Source: the human T2T-CHM13v2.0 reference genome, Homo sapiens | Assembly: GCF_009914755.1 (NCBI RefSeq) | Contig: NC_060935.1 | Reading direction: 5' to 3' (one strand) | DNA length: 64,000 nucleotides | In this document: piece after piece, positions 1 through 12,029 of the stretch | How positions within the stretch are numbered: the stretch's first letter is position 1 | Layout: every line of letters begins with the position of its first letter | Position numbers and translations under genes: made by a program | Notes under the pieces: model-generated | What the model saw: the letters and a program-made list of their open reading frames with translations, nothing else | Told to the model about the DNA's origin: nothing | Database searches by the model: none

Positions 1-75
1 GTTTTTAAAAAACTAAGCTTTTTTTTTTAAAAAAAGTGAAAGTCATAATCTGTTTCTTTTCAAAGTCCTAGATGC

Positions 76-117
76 AATGGGATTAAACTTGGAGAAAATG
101 GGATTAAACTTGGACAA
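76..117. repeat. 21-bp tandem duplication
   Basis: aatgggattaaacttggagaa (76-96) followed by aatgggattaaacttggacaa (97-117), one mismatch. Confidence 0.9.
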
Positions 118-404
118 ACACTACCTATTTGGACTTGTGATGATGGCTTTCAAACTTCTTAAAGCAATGAAGTATTTTTTCCAGAAGAAACCTTACACAA
201 GAAGCCCAGCACACTGAGTCAAGCATATGTAGGTGGAAGATATCTGGTTGAGACCAAGTAGAGATAAACCTGTAGATTCAACTGTGCCACCACAGTGAAT
301 TCTAAGAATCCACTGACTGTGATCTGTAAGCTCCTACTCCACAGGAGGTCAGGGCACACAGCTTGAAACCGGAAGGCAGAAGAGTGACAGGGAAGGGTCA
401 TGGA

Positions 405-620
405 CTCTGAAATTAGAGCTATCTGTGTTTTAATACTAGTTCCAATAGGCACATGGTCTTGGATAAATGGTTTAAATTATCTGAGTCTCAATTTCTTTCT
501 CTGCAAAAAGGGATGATTAGTACATATGTAATAGGGTTTTTATAGAAAATTGTATAACTTGTTAAACACACATGTACTAAGTGCTTGGTGCCCAGTATGC
601 ACTGAATAAATGCTAGCTCC
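405..620 (+). mobile_element. MIR SINE fragment
   Basis: MIR core-like ctgagtctcaatttctttctctgcaaaaagggatgattagtac and 3' end aataaatgctagct. Confidence 0.6.
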
Positions 621-1129
621 TTGCCTTTCATCTCTATGACCCTTCCCAAATCTCTCAGCCCCATATTGCTTCATGTAGTGTGTGTATATTTGGGAAAATT
701 TGTGTGCATATTTACAGATGGGATCCTACTCTTCTATTGACAGACTGTCTTTTCAGATGTGCCTTACTTTCATTGCATTGGTTTTTCAACTGAAAGTGAA
801 CATAAAGGTTTTAAGCATGCCTAGGTCTTATCTTTTTGGTCAAATATCTAACACCCTCAATAACAGTTGTAAATCATTCTTTTGTAATTTGATCATTCAT
901 TTTTATAAAGTAAAACACAACTGCCCACTGTAAAAATAGACTTCATTTGCTCTTTTCTTCCAGTGCAGCAAATGACAGACACTTTAAGAACACACATTTA
1001 ACTTCAGCAAACAAATCATGTATATTTTAGACATAACTGTCAAGTATAGAAATGATACCATCCAACTTACCAAACTATCACATAAGAATGCCCAATAGCA
1101 GACATTAGGATGGGGCAAAACTGAAAGAA

Positions 1130-1680
1130 GGATTGACTTCATCAAACCCTTGATGACATACAAAATGGAAACCATTCAAGTTCAACTGAAGAAAACGATA
1201 TCCCACAAGATCTAGGGGTAAAAAGCAGACAAAGTTTAGGAATGAATTTAAACTACTGACTTACGTGTTGTCAGGAGTCTATTTCTATTCCTCAATTTTA
1301 CTCCTTTTTGTACAACTGTGTGCATTCTCTCTCTGACTCTCTCTTCCTCCCTCCCAACACCCCCCACCCTCTTCTTGTTGCTGTTTCTCTCTATTTCTTC
1401 AGATCAAAGGGTTGATCTCTTCCAAATGTATATATTACAGATCCACACTCTTAGAAAAACAACAGAATCTCTCTAGTGCTTAATTTAATTTGTCCATCTA
1501 AAAGATATTACTTGGCCCAATTTGACCAAGCACCATCTACTGGACCAAATAATGGTGGCCAGAGAAGCATGGTCACAATGGGGAATGGGAATAAGATGGG
1601 GATCATATGGGGACTAAGAATGGGCAAGAACATCTCCCAGAGTGGTAAGAGAAACAATCTAATGGGCATATATTCCCAGT
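1130..1680 (-). mobile_element. Degraded old MaLR LTR (MLT1J/K-like)
   Basis: ttggcccaatttgaccaagcaccatctactggaccaaataatggtggccag resembles the antisense MLT1J/K motif; ends uncertain. Confidence 0.35.
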
Positions 1681-2224
1681 GTCCTCAAATACTCCTCTAC
1701 CCTAAATTGCTTGCTCTGCTCTTGGGCCTTTGGATGTGCTGACCTGAGTAGTGGTAACAAGTTCAGAATTGTAGGGAAAGGGCTATGAGTTTATATTTTA
1801 AGGGCAGAGAGTGGCATTTATGCAGTGGAAACACATGGAAGATGAGTAGGATTGTGAAGGATAAACTTGGGAAAAGAACAATGACCTGAAGAGTACTAAT
1901 AAATGCAGGGATGGGTGACCAGAAAGAAAGGATAGATAGGAGGAAAATCTTAGAGTAAAACTGGCAAAAGTTCATGGCCAGTTTAGTTAATGGAATCAAG
2001 GACAGTGAAAACGCAATGATAACTTCAGTGTTCTGGTTCTGATGACCAAAGAAGGTCATCATTGTGATGGATATTTTCTCTTATTTCATAACCTCTGCTC
2101 TATGCTCTGTGTGATTCCTCTCCTTCCATTCAACTTGCCTTGCATTTTCCGGAGTCTACTCCTTGGCTAAATAGGGTCCTTCTTTCTCAGTAGCCCTTAC
2201 TACCGAATTAAATCATGGTGCCAG

Positions 2225-3018
2225 GGCTCATTCTGCTTTGTTTCTGGAAACCTGCCAAGCATGCTCCTGCCTTGGGGGCTTGCACTGATTCGTTGCTCCA
2301 TATTGAAATGTTATTTGCATGGTCACCTGTGGCCCTGATATGGTTTGGCTGTGTCCCCACCCAGATCTCGAATTGTAGCTCTCATAATTCCCACGTCATG
2401 GGAGGGACCCAGTGGAAAGTAACTGATTCATGAGAGCAGGTGTTTCCCCCATACTGTTCTCATGATAGTGGTATAAGTCTCACAAGATCTGATGGTTTTT
2501 ATAAAGGGGAGTTTCCCTGCACATGCTCTCTCTCTCGCCTGTTGCCATGTAAGATGTGCCTTTTCTCCTCCTTTGCCGCCCACCGTGATTGTGAAGCCTC
2601 CCCAGCCACGTGGAACTGTGAGTCCATTAAACCTCTTTCCTTTGTAAATTACCTGGTCTTGGGTATGTCTTTATCAGCAGCATGAGAACAGACTAATACA
2701 GGCTCCTATCCACACTTCCTCAGGACTCTCTCAGAGACCCCTTGCCTTACCAGCCTATGTTATTCCCAGTAGCCTTCTATCCCTGTATCTGGCTTTAGCT
2801 TATTCATGACCTGATATTTTACCATCAGGAAATAAATATAAATATCAACAATGAAAGTATAAATGAATGATATCTCTTTTCTTGACCATCCCTACACAAC
2901 AGAATCCAAGTTTCATGACAGCAGGGATATGTGTGGCTTACTGCAGTACTTTTACCTCCTAGAAGTCTCCTAGGCCAATGGTAGATGCTCGATTAATATT
3001 TGTAGGATGAATAAGTGA
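2225..3018 (+). mobile_element. L2 LINE 3' fragment, split by a THE1 LTR
   Basis: L2-like ccaagcatgctcctgccttgggggcttgcac before the LTR; L2 3' end agatgctcgattaatatttgtaggatgaataagtgaa after it. Confidence 0.55.
2336..2700 (+). mobile_element. THE1 (THE1B-like) MaLR solo LTR
   Basis: Starts tgatatggtttggctgtgtcccc, ends gactaataca, 365 bp; 5-bp TSD ggccc/ggctc. Confidence 0.9.
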
Positions 3019-3293
3019 AAAAAGTTTTGACTAGGGTCAGTAGTGTTAATCTTGGTTCAAAATAAAACATGAGGTAAAAATAAACGAGTAAGAAAAGAAA
3101 CAATTTAACAGACGATGGCTTTTCCCACTTTTATGTGATGTTGCCTAGGCTTTGCCATTTTATTGAATGGACAAACTTCTTTATGACATAACTTCCCTCT
3201 CACTCTCTCCTCCCAATAGCATAAAATAATGTAAAAGTCAGGAGATCAAAATCTAGCAGACCCAATTTCAGTTCAATATAATATTGTAACATT

Positions 3294-4363
3294 AACCATA
3301 AAAACCATAGAAAAAAACCTAGACAATACCATTCAGGACATAGGCATGGGCAAAGACTTCATGACTAAAACACCAAAAGCAATTGCAACAACAGCCAAAA
3401 AGTGACAAATGGGATCTAATTAACCTAGAGTTTCTGCACAGCAAAATAAACTATCATCAGAGTAAACAGACAACCTACAGAATTAGAGAAAATGTTTTCA
3501 ATCTATCCACCTGACAAAGGGCTAATATCCAGAACCTAAAAGGAACTTAAACAAATTTACAAGAAAAAAACAACCCCATCAAAAAGTGCGTGAAGGGTAT
3601 GAACAGACACTTTTCAAAAGAAGACATTTATGTGGCCAACAAACATATGAAAAAAAGCTCATCATCACTTGTCATTAGAGAAATGCAAATCAAAACCACA
3701 ACGAGATACCGTCTCATGACAGTTAGAATGGCGATCATTGAAAAGTCAGAAAACAACAGATGCTGGAGAGGGTGTAGAGAAATAGGAATGCTTTTACACT
3801 GTTGGTGGGAGTGTAAATTAGTTCAACCATTGTGGAAGATAGTGTGGTGATTCCTCAGGGATCTAGAACTAGAAATATCATTTGATCCAGCAATCCCATT
3901 ACTGGGTATATACCAAAAGGATAATAAATCATTCTACTATAAAGACACATGTACACGTATGTTTATTGCAGCACTATTCACAATAGCAAAGACTTGGAAT
4001 ACTATGCAGCCATAAAAAATGATGAGTTCATGTCCTTTGCAGGGACATGAATGAAGCTGGAAACCATCATTCTCAGCAAACTAACACAGAAACAGAAAAC
4101 CAAACACCACGTGTTCTCACTCATAAGTAGGAGTTGAAGAATGAGAACATGTGGACACAGGGAGGGGAACATCACACACTGGGTCCTGTTGAGCGCTGGG
4201 GGACAAGGGGAGGAGTAGCATTAGGAGAAATACCTAAAGTAAATGATGGGTTGATGGGTGTAGCAAACCACCATGGCACATGTATACCTATGTAACAAAC
4301 CTGCACGTTCTGCACATGTATCCCAGAACTTAAAGTATAATAAATTTAAAAAAAGAAAAAAAA
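3294..4363 (+). mobile_element. 5'-truncated L1PA LINE-1 (ORF2 C-terminus, 3'UTR, A-tail)
   Basis: ORF 3590-3850 gives the L1 ORF2p Cys-rich motif [21 protein letters not shown]; 3' end tcccagaacttaaagtataataa + A-rich tail. Confidence 0.95.
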
Positions 4364-4424
4364 TTGTTGTCTTCTCTGTGCCCGTTTTCTTTTATTTTAA
4401 AATGGCCTGAAATAATTTAATATG

Positions 4425-4884
4425 TGTTATGGATTAAATCGTGTCCCTCAAAAAGATGTTGAAATCCTAAGCCCCTTATCTGTGAGTGTGAACTTATTTG
4501 AAATAGGGCTTTTGCAGATGATTAAGTTGATATGGGGTCCCTTCAAGGGGAGCCAATAATATTGGATTACAGCTCACTATAATGACCCCATATCAACTGG
4601 GAGATACAGAGACAGGTATGTACAGAGCAAAAATTAAGTGAAGACACAGAGAGAAGATGTCTGTCTACAAGCCAAGGAACGCATGAAGCTAGGAGAGAAG
4701 TATGGAGCAGATTCTGCCTCGCAGCCCTCAGAAGGAACCGGCAACCAACCCTGCTGATAACCTTGATGTCAGACTTCCAGCCTCTAGAACAGGGAAGCCA
4801 AAATTCTGTTGTTTAAGCCACCTGGTATTTAAACCACAAGGTATTTATGGAACTTTGCTACAACAGTCCTAACAAACTAATACA
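4425..4884 (+). mobile_element. MLT1C-like MaLR solo LTR
   Basis: Starts tgttatggattaaatcgtgtccc, ends aaactaataca; TSD atatg/atgtg. Confidence 0.8.
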
Positions 4885-4893
4885 ATGTGAAAT

Positions 4894-4925
4894 ACACACA
4901 CACACACACACAGCAGCAGCAGCAG
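4894..4925. repeat. Compound (CA)n-(CAG)5 microsatellite
   Basis: acacacacacacacacacagcagcagcagcag. Confidence 0.9.
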
Positions 4926-5404
4926 CTCTGTGCCCAACATAGATATCTAGCTCTGTCACTTATGCTTATTTATCCATCTTTTCTCTCGTCTCTTTCCCTC
5001 CAGAAGCTGCAATGAGGAGAGGAACCTGGTTTATTTCAAGGGACACAGAGTTAGGGTTCTTCAGAAGATCACTTTCTTGTTCTACAGGCCAATAGGGGAG
5101 TAGCAGGGAACACAATTTTGTGAATGAGGAGAAAGCTAGCCATGGAGCCTTTGGAACATCTGTTGGAGTCCCCCACTTATTCAGGACCAGATGCTAATGG
5201 TGTACGCAATTGCACATGGAGGGAAGTTTCACTGACACTAATGAGCCATTCATTGTCCTGCACTCCAGGGCTCCTCCCACAAGGCCTGTTTTCAGATGTT
5301 CTACATTAAGTGAAATGCAGCACCCAGTTTCCATAGGAACTGAAGGCAAAGGCTCCCAGAAGGCCACATATGTTAGCATAGACTGATGCTCTGGGAGACT
5401 GCAG

Positions 5405-5620
5405 GCATTGATTCATCTGAGAGTGAATGAGCATTTTTTCACATCTGCTATTGCCAGGCACCATGTTAGGCACTAGAGACACAACCCAAAGAATAAATTC
5501 AGGGGCTGAGGCAGACAAGCAAAAATGATCATGTAAAAATGCTGTTACACAGTAAAGGGGCGGGTCACTGAGTTCACAGGATGGGCCTCTACCTAAGCTT
5601 TGAGCCAGGGAAAAACAAAC
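5405..5620 (-). mobile_element. L2 fragment
   Basis: tgccaggcaccatgttaggcactagagacaca, antisense L2 3' region. Confidence 0.5.
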
Positions 5621-6384
5621 AAACACGTATTCTAGAGAAGGAACCCTGTAACCTCTGAGGTGTCAAGGGCATGGAGACAAGTCAGGCAGGATGGCAGGAA
5701 GAGGACAAGGAGGCAGCTCTTCCCGACAGAGGGAGAATTGGCTGTGTCTCTAGGAATGTGGATGAAAGAAATCTAACTTGGAATGCCTGGCTTCAAAACT
5801 CAGCTGCCCTGTTGACTGTGCTCTGTGATGTGAGGCTTTCAGAAATACCTGAATTCCACCAGCCAGGATGTCCTGAAGTGTTCTAAAACCTCACCCTTCC
5901 CTCAGAAGTGTGGACTGCAGCTTCATTCAGCATTCATAAGGCTGGTTCAACGTCCAGCTCTGGAGAAAGCAAGTGCTTCTTATGTAACGTGAGGCACGTC
6001 TCCAGCAGCAGCCACCTCACATCCCAGCCCCGCACATCATGTCACACATTCCTGACTCCTCACACTACCCTAAAAAATGTGTGTTATCGAAGATTGATGT
6101 TCCCTGCCTTTGAACTCAGCCTAGGCTTTTATATGCTATTAAGGACAAGGGTAAAACCCGAGTCCCACTGTGAAAGTCATTCCAGTTGTCTCCATGGTCC
6201 ATTTTCCCAGCAGGGTCACTTTGGCACACAGAGAAAGCGAAGGCCTGGGAACAGACTTGCAAGGAATTATGGAAAACATATTTGGCTGAGACACTTTGCT
6301 TGACTTCTACAATTTCCATTGTCCCTGCCCATGTTTCCAAATGACAAATGTATCTCCAATTGAGACACTGCAAAGTGCCTCGTA

Positions 6385-6790
6385 TATAGTAGTTATTAAT
6401 TATATGTGATATAAAATTATATATACATATACGCATGTAATTATGCATGTTTTTATATGTAATTATGTATACATATATAGTATGCATATGTGTATATATA
6501 CACATATAGTATGCATATATGTACATATACATATATACATATATACATGTATGCATATGTGTATATATACATATAAATACATATATACAAATGTATATGT
6601 ATATATACAATGTACACATGCATATGTATATATAAATATACATATACATGTATATGTATATTTGTGCATATACAAATATACATATACATGTATACGCATA
6701 TAAAACATGCATATATATTAACATATTCATATGTTAATATAAAATATGGATATGTGTATATATACACATTATATAGATATATATAAAATA
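6385..6790. repeat. Long interrupted (TA)/(TACA)/(TATG) low-complexity tract
   Basis: ~400 bp of mostly alternating purine-pyrimidine sequence; source of the Y/I/C/M/H-rich ORFs. Confidence 0.95.
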
Positions 6791-7287
6791 GAGGCAGAAC
6801 TGACTTTTCTCTGCTTTAAACTTTACTGTAGCTACCAGAATGCTTTTGCATATAGTAGGATCTTATTAAGCATCTGTTGGTTGATTGACTAGCTAATTGT
6901 CTAGCTGGTGGGCAAGAAGAAGTAACTTGTCTTCGTATCACAAGGCCAAAAGTCTATAACAAAATGTTAAAGTAAATTCACCAAAACTTCTATTCCAAAC
7001 AACAAGAAAAATATCTGGAACATATACAAAATTAAAGAGACAAGAAAGAAAGAAACCAGTAAGTACCTTTTTAGTCTAGAAATCTTTTTATTTAAAAAAA
7101 AGTTATTTTCTTATTTATTTATATGGCTCCAAACCTAGAGATCAGAAGGTGTTGTATGACTGGCTGGGGATATCAATGAAACAGATTATGATGTATGCAT
7201 GAAGTGTGCATGCAGGCCAAAGTAGAACTTGATCCTGTGCCTCTCTGACAAAATAGGTGCTACTCACAGCTTTTACTTCCCTTTTGA

Positions 7288-7337
7288 AAAGGGCACTTCT
7301 CAATGAGGGGAGAAAGGGCACTTCTCAATGAGGGGAG
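7288..7337. repeat. Exact 25-bp tandem duplication
   Basis: aaagggcacttctcaatgaggggag x2. Confidence 0.95.
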
Positions 7338-7479
7338 TAGGCCAAGGGGGGTCAAGTTTCAGGACAATGTTTCAGCTCTACATGGGGCCTAGAGCAAAAG
7401 ATCATAACGCACGTTTAGGTCTACACAAGATGTTTCTCAAGAAATGTTTTTGTTTAAAGTTTGTTTCCTACAATTCTCT

Positions 7480-7512
7480 CACGCACGTGCATGCACGTGC
7501 GTGCGCGCGCGT

Positions 7513-7547
<35 letters not shown>
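7480..7547. repeat. 24-bp palindrome + (CG)n + (CA)n alternating purine-pyrimidine tract
   Basis: cacgcacgtgcatgcacgtgcgtg then cgcgcgcgtg and (CA)n. Confidence 0.9.
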
Positions 7548-7548
<1 letters not shown>

Positions 7549-8403
7549 CTTGTAGACTCTTCGTTATGGGGAATGTCAGGAAACCACACCCTGAAAGATT
7601 TTCTCTGTCTTACAATATTAAGGGATCATGACCATATTAAAGTCCCTTCCAGTACAGGGTTTGTCCATGTGAGCTTCTGAGAACAGGCGAGCTGTGGTTT
7701 TCTCACTAGCACAGAAGAGGTGAGAACACAGCCTTGGAACCCCTCCTTCTCACCACCGACCCTCATCAAAGGGCGTATGCAGTGCTCACAACCAGTCCTG
7801 GATGAGAGGGCTTCAGGCACTCAGGAGAACCAGTATCTAGACCACAGAGCAGCAGGGAGAGTGTGGCCACCTAAAGATGTGAAGGCACCGTAAAGACCCA
7901 CTTGAATCTTTGCTCACCTCAACGCCATCCAACAATTGAAGCCTGGGCAAAGTGAAACACCCATCTCCTGATTCAGTCTCTTGGCTCTTGGTGAGCCAAT
8001 GCTCACCTCTTGGCTTGAAGTCAGAGTGAGGGGTGTCAATAGGACTCCCTTATGTCCCACTTTCCCCACATTTCAGTTCCTGGCCCTGGACCCCACTCTC
8101 CACTTGACTCCATCCCAGATAGCTGATGCTGGTTCTCCCACATCTCCCCTATCAGGCAGCCAATGCTGTTGCCTAATTTAGCACAGAGTAAATTTATTTT
8201 GCCTTTATACTTTTACAATATGTTTAAAAAATGTGGACTCTGTTTCTCAGTTCAAATGTGATAATTGATTATGTCACGTTGAAAGATCAGTTATCTGTGA
8301 TCTCCTGAAATAGACATATTAATGTTTGAAATTTCTGAAATGATAACACATTTCAAATAGCTTTTTAAAAAGATTACCATTCAGTTGCATGTCCCTGAAC
8401 TCC

Positions 8404-8790
8404 TGTGGCAGACAATTCTACCATTTTTCATTTTCTTCCTTTTGCTATGAGGTGGCACTACGTGACCTAGATTTGACCAATGGAATAAGGGTGAAGCTTA
8501 TATATCAGAATTTCTGGCCTGGCCCCCGGAATCCCATGATCTGCTCTCTGCTTGTTCATGATTTAGCAGATTGAAGAGAATCTGGAGAACTGCAACTCCC
8601 TGGAGTCCATCGAGTCAGCAGATGGGGGACTTCTGAGTCCCCACTTCAACAAATGTGATACAATGGACGAAGTATCACTTCTCCACCATTATGGACTGAC
8701 GTTGTATACAAATATGAACGAGAAGTAGATCTTGCTCCATTAAGCTTCTGAAATGTTAGCATGATTTGTTACAGCAGTGGGCCTTTATTG
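8404..8790 (+). mobile_element. Degraded ERVL-type LTR (LTR16/LTR33-like)
   Basis: tgtggcagac start, ttgaccaatggaataag motif, tttgttacagcag near the end. Confidence 0.35.
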
Positions 8791-9529
8791 AAGAATCCTA
8801 GCCCATTTCTAGAAATTCCCGTCCTGACTCTGATCCGCTGCACAAAACTCACAAGTTCTCTTGTCCCTAAGGCTATTTCTTTGTGGCTTTATGGTCTTGA
8901 CCTTCCCTAGCCTCACTGAGCTGTTGCCTGAGCCCCAGCTTTGACAAGAAGTAGCTATCTGTAATATCTTTATATAAATAGCCGGGGCTGAAAGAAAGAC
9001 TGTGGGAAAAGAGAAAATTCTCCTCCCATACTCATCACTTCCCTCCTCTTACACCCCTGGTTTTAAGTGCCCATATTTTCTAGGTCTGAAATCTCTGTAC
9101 ATCTCTCCATAGAAACCTGATGATTTGTGGAATTATTGTTTAATTTCCTATTCTTTCATAAAAATTTGAGTTCATGCAGTTAGGTAAATATTTATTAAGA
9201 ATTATCTGCCAAGTGTTCAGGTACTATATTTTTAATTTACTTTAAAAATAATGTACTTTATAAGAACAGACACAGTTTTATTTGAAGAGGTTAAAGAAAT
9301 CGGGGCAAAAGAAGAAGGCAGAAGAAAGCTCACCTGCAAAATACACACAGTATGACCTGATGAACATGTGAGAGGTAGTCCACAAATTTGACAGTAATAC
9401 ATTTACTTCTTGAAAATAATGTAATTCAAAATCAAAATATTTGGGGATATTTTTGATATTCCATATTTTGTCCTTTCAGGTATTGGAGGTCCGCTTAAAT
9501 GTGTTTTTCCATTCTGAATGGATATTGAA

Positions 9530-9610
9530 AAGCTCTCGAAAGCACAGATGCCTGGGCCACCACCAGCTCCTTAAGTCAGAATCTCTAAGGCAGGACAATT
9601 TAAAAGCCTT
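9530..9610. mobile_element. MER5-like hAT-Charlie fragment (extends to ~9650)
   Basis: cagatgcctgggccaccacc...tcagaatctct, continuing to ccagggttgagaatcactg. Confidence 0.6.
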
Positions 9611-9999
9611 TAGTGATTTTTATGTATACCCAGGGTTGAGAATCACTGTTTTTCTAAGCATCTCCAAATACTGTACGAATTGGCATAAAAATCTCAAATA
9701 TATTCATATTATGTCAATTAAAAATTATTTCAAAACTAAATATATTCAAGTCAAATATGACACATACACACATACACACACACTCTCATGTGTGTTGAAT
9801 CAACTGTCACAAAAATCCCATGAAACCTCAACTAGAAATTACACAAAGGGGATAAGGATGATAGCCACCCCTCAGACTGTGAAAATTAATGAGATAATGG
9901 GTATAAAGTAAATATCAAACTATCCAATAAATGTCTATTGTTATTGTTGAAATAATAATTAGCAATTAAATATTAATTGACCTTCTTTGACCCCTGAAC

Positions 10000-10675
10000 T
10001 CCTGCAGGTCATTTTCAAAACGGCAGCCAGAGTGATCTTTTTAAAATGTAAGCCAGATAATGTCATTCTACTCAAAACTATCCAAGGCCTTTTCATCTCG
10101 CATGGAATTAAAATCAGGGTTCTTACCAGGGCCTACAAAGAGCAGTAGGATATGCGCTGTCCTTTCTGATACACTCTCCACTGCAGCCTCCATAGTTCAC
10201 TTTGCTCAGAGGGACAAGTTCTCGTGTTTCCTTGGACAGGCTGGACATTCCCCACCTTGGGGGCTTTGCACTTGGTTTTTCCTCAGCCTTCAAGGCTCAT
10301 CCCACAGATATTCGCCTTCTCCTTCTTTATCTTCTGTAAGTCTTGGTCTAAACACTCTCTCCAGAGAGGAGGCTTCCCTCAACACTCCAGCCCCACCTAG
10401 GCCTCTTCTTTGCTCTATTTTTCTCCTCCACACATAAAATGGCTTGATAAAAATATATTTGTTTATTTCTTTAGTTATTTTTTCACCTCCCTTTCTCACT
10501 CTATTTTTTCTCTACAGTACTTGTAACTGTCTGATAAACTATGCATCCTATATATTCATTTTATTTAGAGTGAGTTCCATAAGAATGCTTATCTTCTCAT
10601 TTACAACTGTACCTCCAGTAATAAAAAATTGCCAAGCACAAAGTAGGTCTTCAGTAAATATTGAAGTAAGAATTA
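10000..10675 (+). mobile_element. L2 LINE 3' region
   Basis: cagccagagtgatctttttaaaatgtaagccagataatgtca is typical L2a; 3' end agtaggtcttcagtaaatattgaa. Confidence 0.7.
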
Positions 10676-10789
10676 GCTGTTCATCACAGAAATAAATAAA
10701 ATTATCTCTGTGGCTGGTCTGATGGATAATTAGGCATTTGTTCTGCAACTTGAGGTGTAATCTTCAAGTTGTGATCCCGTGAAACATGT

Positions 10790-10935
10790 CGCAGAGCTCC
10801 TTACTAATCACAATCTGTGACTCCAACAGTTAAAGCCTGTGAGAACATGGGCACATTAATTAACTCTCTAATCCTATTTTCTGATTTTGAAGTGGAGATA
10901 AATCCACTTTATGATATGAGAGTTAAATGAGGTTG
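10790..10935 (+). mobile_element. MIR fragment
   Basis: tgtgagaacatgggcacattaattaactctctaatcctattttctgattttgaagtggagataa. Confidence 0.45.
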
Positions 10936-11924
10936 ACATTTAATTTCTAGAACTCCTCATCTGAGTTTTGTGGTTGCTGTTGTTCTTTCAGGCCAGGGGA
11001 TGTGGCTCCATCGCATGGAAGATGAGAACTGTGCCTTTGTATCTGGTAATTTGCTTATTTTATGGAGTTATCTTTCTCCATTCATATCCCTTGCTAGTGA
11101 AGTATGAATGATGACTTGACAGAAATATGTGAGAAGCTCCTGGCGATGAAGGAATTGGTTTAGATCGTGTTTAGGGAGGTTTCCTTCCTGCCCTGACAGG
11201 CTATGGCTCTTTCATTCACACCCTAGTGTTTCTATCTATCAGAACATCGGCAGACACCTCAGTTGGTAGAAGGGTTTGAAACGAAAAAAGAAAAGTAAAT
11301 GTAAAAGGCAATTTTCCTTTTATCATATCCCTGTCCCCAAGGATTCTTGATTTATGAGTAGGTTTTACAAATCTCCATAATGCACAACTTAATAACTCTT
11401 TTGTGTTCTCTTGGCAAAAGGTTGCATAAAGAGGGTTAAATGACCAGCCATCTTCCAGTCCTTGGTGGCTATAAAATCCAAGGTATAAAAATAAAGCACA
11501 ATGAAATAGTGTAAATAATAGGATGACATTTAGAAAAAAAGGAACTTGGGGAATAATAACTGGAAAAAACTTCCTTATGTTTTAGATCAGTTGGATGATG
11601 AAATAGTCTCTGAGGGAAATGGTGGGAGCCTTCAAGCTTGAGATATTTTGAAATCTGGTTGTACTGAGCCCCAAAGGTCAATACTACAGGATCATTTGTT
11701 TTGTTATGTTTTGTTTGTTTTGTTTTTAAAGAGAAGGCAGCAACATAAGTTAATAGGTATTTTTCACCCTAATGCCAATTTATTGAATCAGAACTTGAGA
11801 CTGTGTCCCTTACTCAAGTAACATATTCATTTTTTAACCAAATGGCAATAGTCCCAGGGGTGGTTCATGTAGCCACATATGGTGGTTATTTCTGGAAACT
11901 TTCTCCATAAGTATATTGACACAG

Positions 11925-12029
11925 TTCCTTTCTTCCTCCCTCCCTCCCGCTCTTCCTTCCTTTCTTTCCTTCCTTCCTCCCTTCCCTTCTCTTCTTTTCC
12001 TCTTCTTCCCTCTGTCTCTTCTCTTCTTG
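11925..12029. repeat. Polypyrimidine (CT-rich) tract
   Basis: ~100 bp of C/T with very few purines. Confidence 0.9.

Noticed and set aside
1580-1624. Five G-tracts, possible G-quadruplex
   Set aside because: Most loops are 7-9 nt and it sits in a decayed LTR; low predicted stability
3590-3850. 86-aa ORF with a Cys/His motif
   Set aside because: Remnant of L1 ORF2p in a truncated, mutated L1; not a host gene
6116-6767. Long ORFs (up to 204 aa) rich in Y/I/C/M/H
   Set aside because: Translations of the TA/CA simple repeat, which lacks stop codons
9328-9350. Minus-strand tattttgcag|gtgagc resembling a recursive splice site
   Set aside because: Short pyrimidine tract and no evidence of a host intron
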